Source: Promethearchaeia archaeon
Lineage (GTDB): Archaea; Asgardarchaeota; Lokiarchaeia; Sigyniarchaeales; SOKP01
Length of the DNA: 32,000 nucleotides
Assembly: GCA_046497275.1 (NCBI GenBank)
Contig: JAWOFX010000057.1
Span: forward strand, 117,249 to 149,248
Direction of reading: 5' to 3'
Shown here piece after piece: positions 1 through 9,874 of the stretch (its first letter is position 1; each line of letters begins with the position of its first letter). Position numbers and translations under genes: made by a program. A model generated the notes under the pieces. It ran no database searches, had not been told where the DNA came from, and was given only the letters and a program-made list of their open reading frames with translations.

Positions 1-213
1 AAATATATTTTTATTTCTTGAATATGGTTTTCTATATATTCTTAGTGAAAGGAAAATACTCTAAATTTTTCTTGAAAATTAGAATTAAAGAGTCTTATTT
101 TTTTAAATTTTCAGAATTAACAAAAAATATTATATTCTGTAAAATCAATACTAAACTAATTATTGCTTAATGCTTAATTATAAATATAAATAATGAACCA
201 AGAGTCGTTTTAA

Positions 214-1584
214 ATGAATAAAGAACGTGTATTAAAGGAACTAAAAGAAATTGTTGGAGAGGATTTTGTATCTAATGCGAATGAAGAACTATTTATTTAT
301 TCTATTGATCCCGGAGCCTCTGAACCAAGAGCTCCCGATTTTGTAGTCATGCCTGAAACAGCCGAACAAGTTCAGTCAATCGTTAAGTTAGCAAACGAAG
401 AGAAGGTTCCAATTGTACCAATGGGAGGAGGGCTCACCTTAAGTGGATTGATTCTTCCTATAAAGGGTGGAATTGTGCTTGATATGAAAAGAATGAATCG
501 TATTTTAGCGGTAGATGAAATGAATAGATATGCTAAAATTGAAGCGGGGGTAAGTACAGGTCGTCTAATGGCATATTTAGATCAAAATCATCCTAACTTA
601 GAAGTTTCAATTCCAGATGCTCCACCTTCTGTAACCATAGCAGGGAACACCTTAATCCATGGTTCAGGATTTTTATCTCAAAAATATGGAAATCATGGTG
701 ATATGTTAAATGGATTAGAAGTAGTTTTGCCTAATGGAGAGCTATGTAAGGTCGGTTCTTGTGCTGTATCTGATCATTGGTTTACTAGAGGTCCAATTCC
801 AGATTTTATTGGTTTATTTACAAGCTCTTTTGGTACTATGGGAATAGTTACAAAATTATCAATTAAACTATATCCTAGACCTAAAATGAGAGATATAGTT
901 TTTGGAATTTATAAGGATCCAGGAATAAGTTCTGAATTACTTTTAAAAGTTACAGAAACAGATTTAGCAGAAGATATTTTACTAGGGATGCAAGGCAAAC
1001 CAGATTGGATGAAAGGTTACACCTTTATTATAGTTTATATCACTGGAAAAAATCAAAAAGAATTAGATCAGAAAGAAAAGAAACTTAAACGAATTTATCG
1101 AAAAAATGGAGCTCGATATATGAAAGCTCCACCAAGGATTGCCGAAGTCTTTTTAGAGAAACCTCAATTCGCTGCTAAAGCTGCCGATTTCCGAAAAGGA
1201 GGTGGATTTGAATATGTTGGAAGTTTCTTCCCATTAAGTAAAGTTCCTGAAGCCCTTAAAAGGGGAGAAGAGATTTCAAAAAAATATGGAATCATTCCTA
1301 CATTAGGAGCAAGGGTTATTGATAAAGCCCATAATGTAATGGTCTTTTTCTCCTATTCGTTTAATAGGGCAGATCCTGAGGACATGCAAAATGCAAGGAA
1401 TGCTTTGCATGATACAAATGAGATGACACTAGACTTAGGGGGTATACCTTGGAAAGGAGAATTAAGAGCACAGCAAATGATATTTGATAAAATTGACCCT
1501 AATTATAAATACTTACTTAAAACAATTAGAGAAAATTTAGATCCTAATGGAATTATGAATCCAGGTAATTGGGAGGTGAAATAA
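214..1584 (+). CDS. FAD-binding oxidoreductase, GlcD / D-lactate dehydrogenase (VAO/PCMH) family
   Basis: 456 aa. P-x-GGG-x-LSG FAD loop (VPMGGGLTLSG), 'LNGLEVVLPNGE', 'SSFGTMGIVTK', C-terminal 'LDPNGIMNPG'. Stop abuts the next ATG (TAAATG). Confidence 0.9.
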   Translation: MNKERVLKELKEIVGEDFVSNANEELFIYSIDPGASEPRAPDFVVMPETAEQVQSIVKLANEEKVPIVPMGGGLTLSGLILPIKGGIVLDMKRMNRILAVDEMNRYAKIEAGVSTGRLMAYLDQNHPNLEVSIPDAPPSVTIAGNTLIHGSGFLSQKYGNHGDMLNGLEVVLPNGELCKVGSCAVSDHWFTRGPIPDFIGLFTSSFGTMGIVTKLSIKLYPRPKMRDIVFGIYKDPGISSELLLKVTETDLAEDILLGMQGKPDWMKGYTFIIVYITGKNQKELDQKEKKLKRIYRKNGARYMKAPPRIAEVFLEKPQFAAKAADFRKGGGFEYVGSFFPLSKVPEALKRGEEISKKYGIIPTLGARVIDKAHNVMVFFSYSFNRADPEDMQNARNALHDTNEMTLDLGGIPWKGELRAQQMIFDKIDPNYKYLLKTIRENLDPNGIMNPGNWEVK

Positions 1585-2745
1585 ATGGATATAGAAGAAT
1601 TCAATGGAATTGTACACAGATGTTTTAGGTGTGGATATTGTAAATTTACTTATAGTTATTCAGATTTTAACTGTCCAAGTTATAAAAAATATAGATTTGA
1701 AACTTACAGTACGGGTGGAAGAATGTGGTTAATCTATGCTCTAATAAATAATGAGATAGAATGGAGTGAAAAATTAGCTGATATTTTATATGCATGTCCG
1801 ACTTGCGGGAATTGTGTTGAAAATTGTAGGTTCGACAGATTTAATGAGTTCTTAGTTGATATTATAGAAGCTGCGAGAGCTGAGGCTGTAAATAATGGTT
1901 TTTGTCCTGAAAATCAAAAAGCTTTATTAGAGAGAACAACTAATCCTAAATTCTTTAATCCCTATGCAGAACCTAATTCTGATAATGAAGAATTAAAGAA
2001 AAAATACGATTTACCCGACAAAGCAGAATATGTCTATTTTATAGGATGTACTTCCAATTATAGGCAACAAGATTTAAGAGATTCTACCATAAGGTTTTTA
2101 AAGAAAGCAAATATTGATTTTACTTTGATTGATGAACACTGTTGTACAAGTCCTCTTATTAGAACTGGTCAAATTGAACCTATTAAGGAGTTCATGAATT
2201 ATAATATTGAGAAAATTAAAGAAGCAGGAGCAAATAAAGTAGTTACATCTTGCGCAGGTTGTTATAGAACTTTAAAGGTTGATTTTGAAAAACAAGGTAT
2301 TGATATGGATATTGAAATATATCATATTACTGAATTAATCAATAACCTTTTGGAAGAGGAAAAAATTGAATTTAAATCAGAGTTTAATAAAACGGTGACT
2401 TACCATGATCCTTGCCATTTAGGAAGACATAGTGGATTATATGATATCCCTCGGGAAGTTTATAAAAAGATACCTGGCATTAAATTTGTTGAAATGGACC
2501 GAATAAAAGAGAATTCATGGTGTTGTGGAGCTGGTGGAGGCGTAAAGATAGGATATCCAGATTGGGCATTAGAAATATCAAAAGAAAGAGTTGAGGAAGC
2601 AAGAGATACAGGTGCTACAATTCTTTCCTCAACATGTCCTTTTTGTAGAACCAATTTATCAGATGCAAATCAAGAATTTGATATAGGTTTAGAAGTAATT
2701 GACTTAGTTGAAATTCTTGACCTACTTGAAATAGCCCCAAAATAA
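1585..2745 (+). CDS. Fe-S protein of the GlcF/GlpC/HdrD type (2x[4Fe-4S] + two CCG domains), partner of the upstream FAD subunit
   Basis: CFRCGYC..CP and CPTCGNCVENC ferredoxin motifs. CCG-domain motifs HCCTSP, SCAGC, YHDPCHLGR, CCGAGGG, TCPFC. Directly abuts the upstream gene. Confidence 0.9.
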   Translation: MDIEEFNGIVHRCFRCGYCKFTYSYSDFNCPSYKKYRFETYSTGGRMWLIYALINNEIEWSEKLADILYACPTCGNCVENCRFDRFNEFLVDIIEAARAEAVNNGFCPENQKALLERTTNPKFFNPYAEPNSDNEELKKKYDLPDKAEYVYFIGCTSNYRQQDLRDSTIRFLKKANIDFTLIDEHCCTSPLIRTGQIEPIKEFMNYNIEKIKEAGANKVVTSCAGCYRTLKVDFEKQGIDMDIEIYHITELINNLLEEEKIEFKSEFNKTVTYHDPCHLGRHSGLYDIPREVYKKIPGIKFVEMDRIKENSWCCGAGGGVKIGYPDWALEISKERVEEARDTGATILSSTCPFCRTNLSDANQEFDIGLEVIDLVEILDLLEIAPK

Positions 2746-2823
2746 AATTATAATTTTTATCTTTTCTTTTAACTATATTTTTTTAAGGAGAAAGGTATTT
2801 AAATACAATAATGAGTGAAAATC

Positions 2824-3681
2824 ATGAGACTTGGCGCACATGTTAGCATTTCTGGAGGAAAATATAAGGCTTTTGAACGGGCAGATAGTATAAAATGTGA
2901 GGCTATCCAAATTTTTATTAGAAATGTACGTTCTTGGGCTTCAAAACCATTTGGTAAGGAAGAGATAACACAATTTCTAGAATATAAATCAATTTATAAA
3001 GATATTTGGCCATTAATGTCTCATAATAGCTATCTCATTAATCTTGCAGGAACTGATGAGGAAAAATTAACGAAATCCTATAATGCGATGTTAGATGAGT
3101 TAAATAAGGCAGATCAATTAGAACTTCAGTATGTTAATATGCATCCAGGTAATAAAAATGAGGACGAAAGAGATGAGGATGCTTTGCTTCGAATTGGTTA
3201 TCAACTTAATAAATTATTCGAAAAGACAAAAAATTCTAATGTAAAAATAGTTTTAGAAACTACTGCAGGTCAAGGAAATGATGTTGGACATACATTTGAC
3301 CATATGGCAAGAATTATAGAAGAGATTGAAGATAAGAATCGAATAGGGGTAACATTTGATACATGCCACTCGTTTGCAGCAGGATATGATTTTACTACTC
3401 AAAATAAGTATGATCAAATGTGGGATGAATTTGATGAAATCATTGGACTAAATTTTCTCTACGCTTTTCATTTAAACGACGCTGCTAATGAATTAGGATC
3501 TCGGATAGACAGACATGAGCATATTGGTCTCGGGGAAATAGGATTAGAACCATTTTCTTTTTTTGTAAATGATGATAGATTTACAAATCATCCAGGTATT
3601 CTTGAGACACCCAATGGACTTGATAAATTCCAAGAAAATTTAATCAAACTCAAGAAATTAAGGGAAGAAGGCTCTAAATAA
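2824..3681 (+). CDS. nfo: Endonuclease IV (AP endonuclease)
   Basis: Metal-ligand motifs GAHVS, HNSYLINL, MHPG, LETTAGQG, FDTCH, HLND, DRHEHIG, ILETP. ATG at 2824 (MRLGAH) preferred over the track's GTG at 2815. Confidence 0.93.
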   Translation: MRLGAHVSISGGKYKAFERADSIKCEAIQIFIRNVRSWASKPFGKEEITQFLEYKSIYKDIWPLMSHNSYLINLAGTDEEKLTKSYNAMLDELNKADQLELQYVNMHPGNKNEDERDEDALLRIGYQLNKLFEKTKNSNVKIVLETTAGQGNDVGHTFDHMARIIEEIEDKNRIGVTFDTCHSFAAGYDFTTQNKYDQMWDEFDEIIGLNFLYAFHLNDAANELGSRIDRHEHIGLGEIGLEPFSFFVNDDRFTNHPGILETPNGLDKFQENLIKLKKLREEGSK

Positions 3682-3794
3682 TTACTAGTTTTCAATGGTT
3701 AATATTATATACTCCGTAAAAACATAATACATCAATCCCATATCAATAATATTTTTGTTTACAAAAAATAATAATTATTTGAAATTAAATAAAA

Positions 3795-3803
3795 AAGGAG
3801 GAG
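3795..3803 (+). promoter_or_regulatory. Shine-Dalgarno sequence (AAGGAGGAG) upstream of ATG 3809
   Basis: aaaaaaggaggagaaattATG; complementary to the 16S rRNA 3' CCUCC. Confidence 0.7.
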
Positions 3804-3808
3804 AAATT

Positions 3809-4198
3809 ATGGAAAGCAAACCTATTTCTAAAATATTAAAATACACCTTTTTAATTTCTGGTACAGCTGCGTTGATTTTCGGATTCACTTTCCTTTTTCT
3901 GACTGAGATTTATTTAAATTTAATTGGTTGGATATTTTATGATCCTATGGTATCACGTGTGTTAGGTGCTGCTTTAATCGGTTTATGGGTTCTTCAATGG
4001 TTATCTTTCAGGGAGTCAGAATGGCAGAATGTTAAGAACGTCGTTATCATGATGATTGTATGGCATTTAGTAGGAGGTCTTGCATGTCTTATCAGTCAAT
4101 TCATCTTTAATCTTCCCATCGCTAATTGGTTGCATATAATTGTATTATTTTTGTTTCTTTTTGCCTATATCTTAAGTTATTATGTTGAAAAGAAATAG
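3809..4198 (+). CDS. Small 4-TM membrane protein of unknown function
   Basis: Four hydrophobic segments, 'DPMVSRVLGAALIG'. ATG at 3809 follows a strong SD (AAGGAGGAG); the track's 3755 start is probably too long. Confidence 0.75.
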   Translation: MESKPISKILKYTFLISGTAALIFGFTFLFLTEIYLNLIGWIFYDPMVSRVLGAALIGLWVLQWLSFRESEWQNVKNVVIMMIVWHLVGGLACLISQFIFNLPIANWLHIIVLFLFLFAYILSYYVEKK

Positions 4199-4256
4199 AA
4201 ATGATTTATCTATAATTTTTAATTAAATGAAAAATTTAATCTCAATTTTCTTTTTA

Positions 4257-4850
4257 TTATTCAATACTTGCATGCGTTTTATCTATATCATTTTCAGAAA
4301 TATTTAATATATCCATAAGAACACCACCTATAGCATCTAAAACAGAAAGAGTTGAAATATCAAAAAGACTGGTATAGGGTGCTAAACTCATTTCTGAAGT
4401 TGCTTTATCTTTACTTTTTCCTTTTATTGCTACAACTAAATCAGAAATATGACCTATGGGGCTTTCTGGATTGGTTGTAAATAAAATAATTTTGCCACCA
4501 ATCTCTTTAGCTTTCTGGGTTATGGCTAGAGATGAGATTGTTCCCCCACTCCCACTGATTATAATAAGCAAATCATCTTCAGTATATCTATATGTCACTG
4601 CATCAGAAATAAAACAAGATTTTATTCCTAAATGCATTAATCTTTGGGCAAACGCCCTTGCTATAAATCCTGAACGACCAGCTCCATATAAGAAAACTCG
4701 ATTTTTATTTTCGAGAATTTCTAAAATTGAGTCTGTTATATTAATTATAGAATCTATGGAAATTACATTAGAATTCTTAAGAACTTGATTTGAAATTTCT
4801 TCTAACGTATTATGGAATCTTTCAATTATATGTTTTTTATCGAGTTCCAT
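4257..4850 (-). CDS. hxlB: SIS-domain sugar-phosphate isomerase, 6-phospho-3-hexuloisomerase (HxlB/Phi)-like
   Basis: LYGAGRSG, LMHLG, IISGSGGT, 'APYTSLFD' and terminal 'KTHASIE' match the Phi/HxlB pattern (canonically ...LFE... and RHANLE). Confidence 0.75.
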   Translation of the reverse strand: MELDKKHIIERFHNTLEEISNQVLKNSNVISIDSIINITDSILEILENKNRVFLYGAGRSGFIARAFAQRLMHLGIKSCFISDAVTYRYTEDDLLIIISGSGGTISSLAITQKAKEIGGKIILFTTNPESPIGHISDLVVAIKGKSKDKATSEMSLAPYTSLFDISTLSVLDAIGGVLMDILNISENDIDKTHASIE

Positions 4851-4862
4851 AGTTTAAATCAA

Positions 4863-6110
4863 TTAATCTTCTTCTTTAAATTTTTCAGGATTAACACAGC
4901 GTCTCCATTCATTCACAGATTCTTTTGGTCCTAATCCAATAACTAAATCTCCCTTTTCAAAAGTAAAATCCTGCTTAAAACTATATATCCATTTATCTTC
5001 CCTTTTAAGAGCGATAATATGAAAGCCTCTTTTATAACGTTTATCTTGAACGTCTTTGTAGGTTTTTCCTCTAAAATATGAGTCCTCTGATAAAGTTTCT
5101 CTTACAACTATTTCAGAAGTTTCTGCTATTGCTTTTTGAAGGATTTTATGAGGTTCAAACCCTTTAATGATGCTTTCAGCGATATTCCCCGCAGCATCTG
5201 ATATTAATTCGCATGAAAAGACGATTCTTAGTATTCCTACTAAATCTCTCGGATTGTCTATAAGATTCGTTAATTCTAATAGATCTTTTTCGAATTTAAT
5301 GTTTAAACCATCCATTAATTCTTCCATTTCTAATACATCTTCCGCAACCTCATAGTTATTAAAAAATAGAGCAGCTAACGCTAATTCTGTCATCGTTTCT
5401 GAAATATCGGTAATTTGAACATAATCTTTCTTAATCTCAGCAAATAACTCTTTAATATCTGGATCTTCAATATTAAATGTCGAATCTTTTAATTGTTTTT
5501 CCAAATCAAAAGAAATAGGTTCATCATCATGAGCTTGTTTTTTCAGTTCCATAATGGGCTCTTTCTCACCCTTAACGATTAGCGTATCTCCTTCTAGAAT
5601 ATCTTCATCTTTATTAAAAAGCCATTTATCATTTCTTCTTATAGCAATAAGATCTACACCATGTTGAGAACGAAAGTGAATCTCTTTTCTGCATTTACCT
5701 ATAAAATCACAATTCTGATTAACTTTTATTTTTACTATAGGTTCAGGAACATAGTCCCACATTACTTGGGTGAAATCTGCGATATCACTGTTTATATATA
5801 CTACTCTTGCAATATCAGACAATGCATCTGAAATCTTATCTATGGAATATCCCATTACAACAATCGGTTCTAATTTTTTCGCATTTTTCAAACCTCCAGG
5901 TTGCGTCTGAATTATCTGGAAATTTAAAAGAAATGTAAGTTCATGAATTCTTTGTTCAATTTTATAAGCCTCGTCAGCGATCTCTTTACTTCCAAATTTA
6001 ATGGCACTATAAGCAAGATCGATCATTAAATCGATATTTTGCTTCATTTGACGCAGAATATCTTTAAGAGAAAGAGGTCTATATTTGAACTTCTTTTTAA
6101 TTGCGGTCAT
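4863..6110 (-). CDS. PhoU-like + TrkA-C (RCK_C) tandem-domain regulatory protein
   Basis: Two PhoU-like helical repeats ('MIDLAYSAI', 'MTELALAALF'), each followed by an RCK_C domain ('DLIAIRRNDKW..ILEGDTLIVKG', 'IIALKREDKW..FEKGDLVIGLG'). Confidence 0.8.
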   Translation of the reverse strand: MTAIKKKFKYRPLSLKDILRQMKQNIDLMIDLAYSAIKFGSKEIADEAYKIEQRIHELTFLLNFQIIQTQPGGLKNAKKLEPIVVMGYSIDKISDALSDIARVVYINSDIADFTQVMWDYVPEPIVKIKVNQNCDFIGKCRKEIHFRSQHGVDLIAIRRNDKWLFNKDEDILEGDTLIVKGEKEPIMELKKQAHDDEPISFDLEKQLKDSTFNIEDPDIKELFAEIKKDYVQITDISETMTELALAALFFNNYEVAEDVLEMEELMDGLNIKFEKDLLELTNLIDNPRDLVGILRIVFSCELISDAAGNIAESIIKGFEPHKILQKAIAETSEIVVRETLSEDSYFRGKTYKDVQDKRYKRGFHIIALKREDKWIYSFKQDFTFEKGDLVIGLGPKESVNEWRRCVNPEKFKEED

Positions 6111-6150
6111 TTTGTTTTTATTATCACTAATTATCTTCTATTTTTTAAAT

Positions 6151-6741
6151 CTATATAAATATTGTTATAAAAATTATAATAAATAAGGGGGATAAAAAGT
6201 CAGCAAGACTGGTTACTGCAGGGATAAGAAAGTTATTTGGATCTTTCCCTTTTTTAAATATAAAAATTGCAGCTATGAAAAGAAAAACAAACATCATACA
6301 GAATAATAATAAAATTGTAATTAATAGGATCAGAATAATTATTAGAGGATTAACTATATCTACTCCTGTAAAATAGGCCATTGAATACCCTATTAGTAAT
6401 AGCGCAACCAAACCCAAGATTGTAGTTAGTAAAAGTCCGATAAATTCTTCTTTTAATCGTTCGGATTTTTCTATATTCGGAGGAATTATACCGATATAAA
6501 GTTGAGTCGTTAAACGAGAAACTAAAACTGTTGAGATATCTCCTATCAAGGAATTTAAAGCGGGAAGTAATAAAAGAATAACAGGTATACTATATAAGAT
6601 TTCTTCATTAAAAGATAAAACAGTTCCCGAAACCATTCCCAATATAGAGGATAATACAACAATTATTATAGATTCCTTCACAATTTTCAAGAAATAATCG
6701 AGTTGGGAAAATTTACTAAATAAATCTTTTATCCTTTTCAT
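6151..6741 (-). CDS. MgtE-type integral membrane domain protein (split Mg2+/divalent cation transporter, subunit 2)
   Basis: Five TM segments; 'PALNSLIGD' and 'DPNNFLIPAVTSLAD' MgtE motifs. Confidence 0.82.
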   Translation of the reverse strand: MKRIKDLFSKFSQLDYFLKIVKESIIIVVLSSILGMVSGTVLSFNEEILYSIPVILLLLPALNSLIGDISTVLVSRLTTQLYIGIIPPNIEKSERLKEEFIGLLLTTILGLVALLLIGYSMAYFTGVDIVNPLIIILILLITILLLFCMMFVFLFIAAIFIFKKGKDPNNFLIPAVTSLADFLSPLFIIIFITIFI

Positions 6742-7296
6742 TTATGGAACCCCCAAAATAATTAAAGTTAAATAAAAACTAAACACTGAGAAAAAATCAT
6801 CAATAGCTGTCATAGTAGGTCCAACCACATTATTAGGATCTAAACCAAACCTGAAAGCTATATAATTTAGCAATGTTGATATGGGAATTGATATGGATAG
6901 ACTAAATAACATGGAAATGACGGGAATGATTAAAATTTTTTCTGGATTTATTATATTTATCCTAAATATAAAAAAATTCATCACTACACTTAATATTCCA
7001 ATTAAGATTGAGGTAACAATCGCTAACACGTAAGTTGCTAACACATTTTCACCCCAAGATTTTAATCCAAAATCTCCCAATATTAGGTCTCGTGAAGTTC
7101 TTGCGATAAAAGGACCGCTAATATTACCTCTCAGAGAAAGGAGTGCTGGGACAATCAAAATTAATAAGGGGAAACTCTTAAAAGGAAGAATCAATATCGA
7201 TAATATTATACCTGCTAAAATCGAACCAATTATGGAGATGACTTCTGAAGGGAAGGTTTCTTTAATAATGCGGAATTTTGTATCCTTCGACTCCAT
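6742..7296 (-). CDS. MgtE-type integral membrane domain protein (split transporter, subunit 1)
   Basis: 'PALLSLRGNISG' and 'GLDPNNVVGPTMTAIDD' MgtE motifs; its stop directly abuts the start of the paralog at 6741. Confidence 0.82.
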   Translation of the reverse strand: MESKDTKFRIIKETFPSEVISIIGSILAGIILSILILPFKSFPLLILIVPALLSLRGNISGPFIARTSRDLILGDFGLKSWGENVLATYVLAIVTSILIGILSVVMNFFIFRINIINPEKILIIPVISMLFSLSISIPISTLLNYIAFRFGLDPNNVVGPTMTAIDDFFSVFSFYLTLIILGVP

Positions 7297-7721
7297 GATT
7301 TAACGCCATCCATTATTTTTGAGAATTTATAATTACTTTTAACCATAATTGCTAATTGTCTAAATTCTGTATAATATAAAAAAATTTTCTATTTATTTAG
7401 ATATTTCCATTTTTCGTTTTTCTATATAATCTAATAACTTTAATAAATAGATATCACAAAATCCTTTACAATTTTGATGATATAGATTTCCTAATATCTC
7501 CAGATTCATATAAAAATAAATGTCCTAGATATACCTAATATATTAATTTTTAATTATTAGAAATTAACGAAGAATATATCCTAAAGACTAAATTCAAATA
7601 CGTTTTGACAATATATTTATTACATTTTAGAATTAAGTTAACTGACATTACGAGATTATGGATATCTTATAGTTTTTAAAATGAAAATTTTAATTTTGAC
7701 TATAGTAATATTGAATTAATT

Positions 7722-7958
7722 ATGAATTTTAAAAGATATGAGTCTCGGTTTAAAGCAGGCGAAATATTAACTAATTATAATAAAGAAAAGAATAAAGGGT
7801 TGTATCAAGAAATTTTAACTAATCCAAATGATACGTTTTGCTTTGCAATACCAAACGGTGGATTACCAGTGGCAGAAAGTTTTTGTTCTATATTAAATAT
7901 TGAATATGATCTGCTTATTGTTCGGAAGATCAAGATCCCCTATAATTGTTTCGTCTAA
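7722..7958 (+). pseudogene. N-terminal fragment of a phosphoribosyltransferase (paralog of 11735-12439), truncated after KIPYN
   Basis: 49 of the first 75 codons are identical by manual alignment to the intact copy (IPNGG.PVAESFCS, YDLLIVRK.KIPYN). Similarity stops at ~7946, before the PRPP-binding motif. Confidence 0.85.
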
Positions 7959-8222
7959 ATCAATAATTTCTTATAAATATTTTATAAACAAACTATAAAC
8001 TCTAAGAGTTGAATGAGATTAAAAAAAGGATATAAGTATCACTTTAATTTCTTTTTTAAATTTTGAAGTGATTTAAAATAATGAAAGATTTACTGAGTTA
8101 ACTAATTTGAAAATAGTACTATTCAAAAAAATTAAAAAATATATAAATTTGAAATTTTATATTAGATGGAAGAGTTCAAAGAATAATGCATAACCAAAAT
8201 TTTATTTAAATTGTATAAATTT

Positions 8223-8891
8223 TTATGGATTAACGACTTTTACACGGAATTGTGAAAGTAACTCGTCTAATTCTTTGATTTTTTTATTAACATTTACAAC
8301 AGTATCTAATGTAAATGCAGTTTTATCATTGATTATCAAAGTTATTTTACCAGCTCTTAAAGCTATATATTCAAAAACATCTGTTATTTCTTTTGTATAT
8401 TCCAAATTAGCTGTAGGAAATCTCTTCAAGTTTGCTAAGAATCCTTTTTTATGATACACTTCATTTTTTTCAATTTTCCAATATTCAAATCTTTCTTCAA
8501 ACCATACGAAAAATAGGATGAAACCCAAAATTATAGTCACAACTAAATAAAATTCTGTTGTTAAGCTTAAATCTAAGGTTCCCAGAAATAAAGCTGTTAG
8601 ATCAATATTTAAATATGGTAAAATAACATAGAAAAAAATGATTATCGAGAGAATAATAATAACAACTGCCACAAATAATCGTGTGCTATTCGTTTCAAAG
8701 GCTATAACAAATAGATTAAGGAAAAATATAATTATCCAAATATATCCTAAAATATTTGTTGATACATCAAAGTAATATTGAATGCAGCATAAAATAATGG
8801 AAATTATAAATAACGGATAAAAAAAGATTACTTTTGGATATCTTCTTAATATAATAGATTTAGATTCGACTGAATTTTTTCTTAAAGACAT
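8223..8891 (-). CDS. Membrane protein with ~4 N-terminal TM helices and a probable C-terminal bacterial-PH-like (bPH) cytoplasmic domain
   Basis: Hydrophobic N-terminal two thirds. The tail 'YWKIEKNEVYHKKGFL...DVFEYIALRAGKITL' follows the bPH/YdbS-like pattern (pattern recognition only). Confidence 0.6.
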   Translation of the reverse strand: MSLRKNSVESKSIILRRYPKVIFFYPLFIISIILCCIQYYFDVSTNILGYIWIIIFFLNLFVIAFETNSTRLFVAVVIIILSIIIFFYVILPYLNIDLTALFLGTLDLSLTTEFYLVVTIILGFILFFVWFEERFEYWKIEKNEVYHKKGFLANLKRFPTANLEYTKEITDVFEYIALRAGKITLIINDKTAFTLDTVVNVNKKIKELDELLSQFRVKVVNP

Positions 8892-9167
8892 TATTAAAAC
8901 TACTCTTTATTATGATATATAAAAAATTATTTTTAGAATTATAAATCTATATGGTAAAAAATAGAAACTATGCTAATTAAAGTTTCTTTATATATTCGGT
9001 TCTTTTCAAAGCTCTCCCATCAATTAACCTATTTTTGGATTTTTTCTTAATATTATTTAAAGGTTTTTGTTTTATTTTTATTATTTTAATCGCGTTTTAG
9101 GGCGTCTTAGAACATAGACTAAGACTGACTTGCTATGATATAAAAAAAAACGTTTTTGTTATAATAC

Positions 9168-9836
9168 CTAAATTTCTATTTTGATTTCATTTACTTTTTC
9201 TGTCAATGAGTAAATAATACTTTTTGATGATCTAACCTTTTGTACTAAACCAAATTCTTCAAGTAAATTTAAATATTTGGTAATTGTGTTAGGATGCATA
9301 CTTAATCCTTCAGAGAGTTCTGTTTTATTTTTTCCATCATTGTCATTTTCAAGATAATTGATAATTTTTTTCGATCTTTTTTTAGAAATTACATGAATGA
9401 ATTTAACTTTTTCAAAATCGAGTGTTGCACAATGATATAAATCATGATTAAGAAACTCTCTACTAGATATAAAGTTAAATTTCAATAATATGTTTAGATG
9501 CCATATTCCTACATTGTTTGGGATATGCAAATTTGTAATAATATCGTTAAAATAACAGCCGGGATTTTTTATGATGTATTCAAATATTTTTGTTCGCGTT
9601 TTATTTTTTAGAATATCTTTACGACTTAATTTAGAACCTTCCACGATATAATTTTTTTCGATTAAGGATTTTATAACTTTCTTAATTCCTTTTTTGTTAA
9701 TATTGAAGTTTTTTATTCTAAGTCTTGCAACTATGTAAGGAATTATCTTTTTAATTTTAAATACTCTATTTTCATCTAAATATTCTTGGATAATGGTAAG
9801 TATTATTCTTTCTTTTTTTTCAAGCTTCTTCCACAT
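9168..9836 (-). CDS. Winged helix-turn-helix transcriptional regulator with tandem HTHs (COG3398-like)
   Basis: 'RTKIFEYIIKNPGCYFNDI...WHLNILLKF' and 'KTELSEGLSMHPNTITKYLNLLEEFGLV' HTH motifs; SD-like GAGGA 9 nt upstream. Confidence 0.85.
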   Translation of the reverse strand: MWKKLEKKERIILTIIQEYLDENRVFKIKKIIPYIVARLRIKNFNINKKGIKKVIKSLIEKNYIVEGSKLSRKDILKNKTRTKIFEYIIKNPGCYFNDIITNLHIPNNVGIWHLNILLKFNFISSREFLNHDLYHCATLDFEKVKFIHVISKKRSKKIINYLENDNDGKNKTELSEGLSMHPNTITKYLNLLEEFGLVQKVRSSKSIIYSLTEKVNEIKIEI

Positions 9837-9874
9837 AGATTTGGATCCTCAAATTTAATTCAACTATATCGCGA

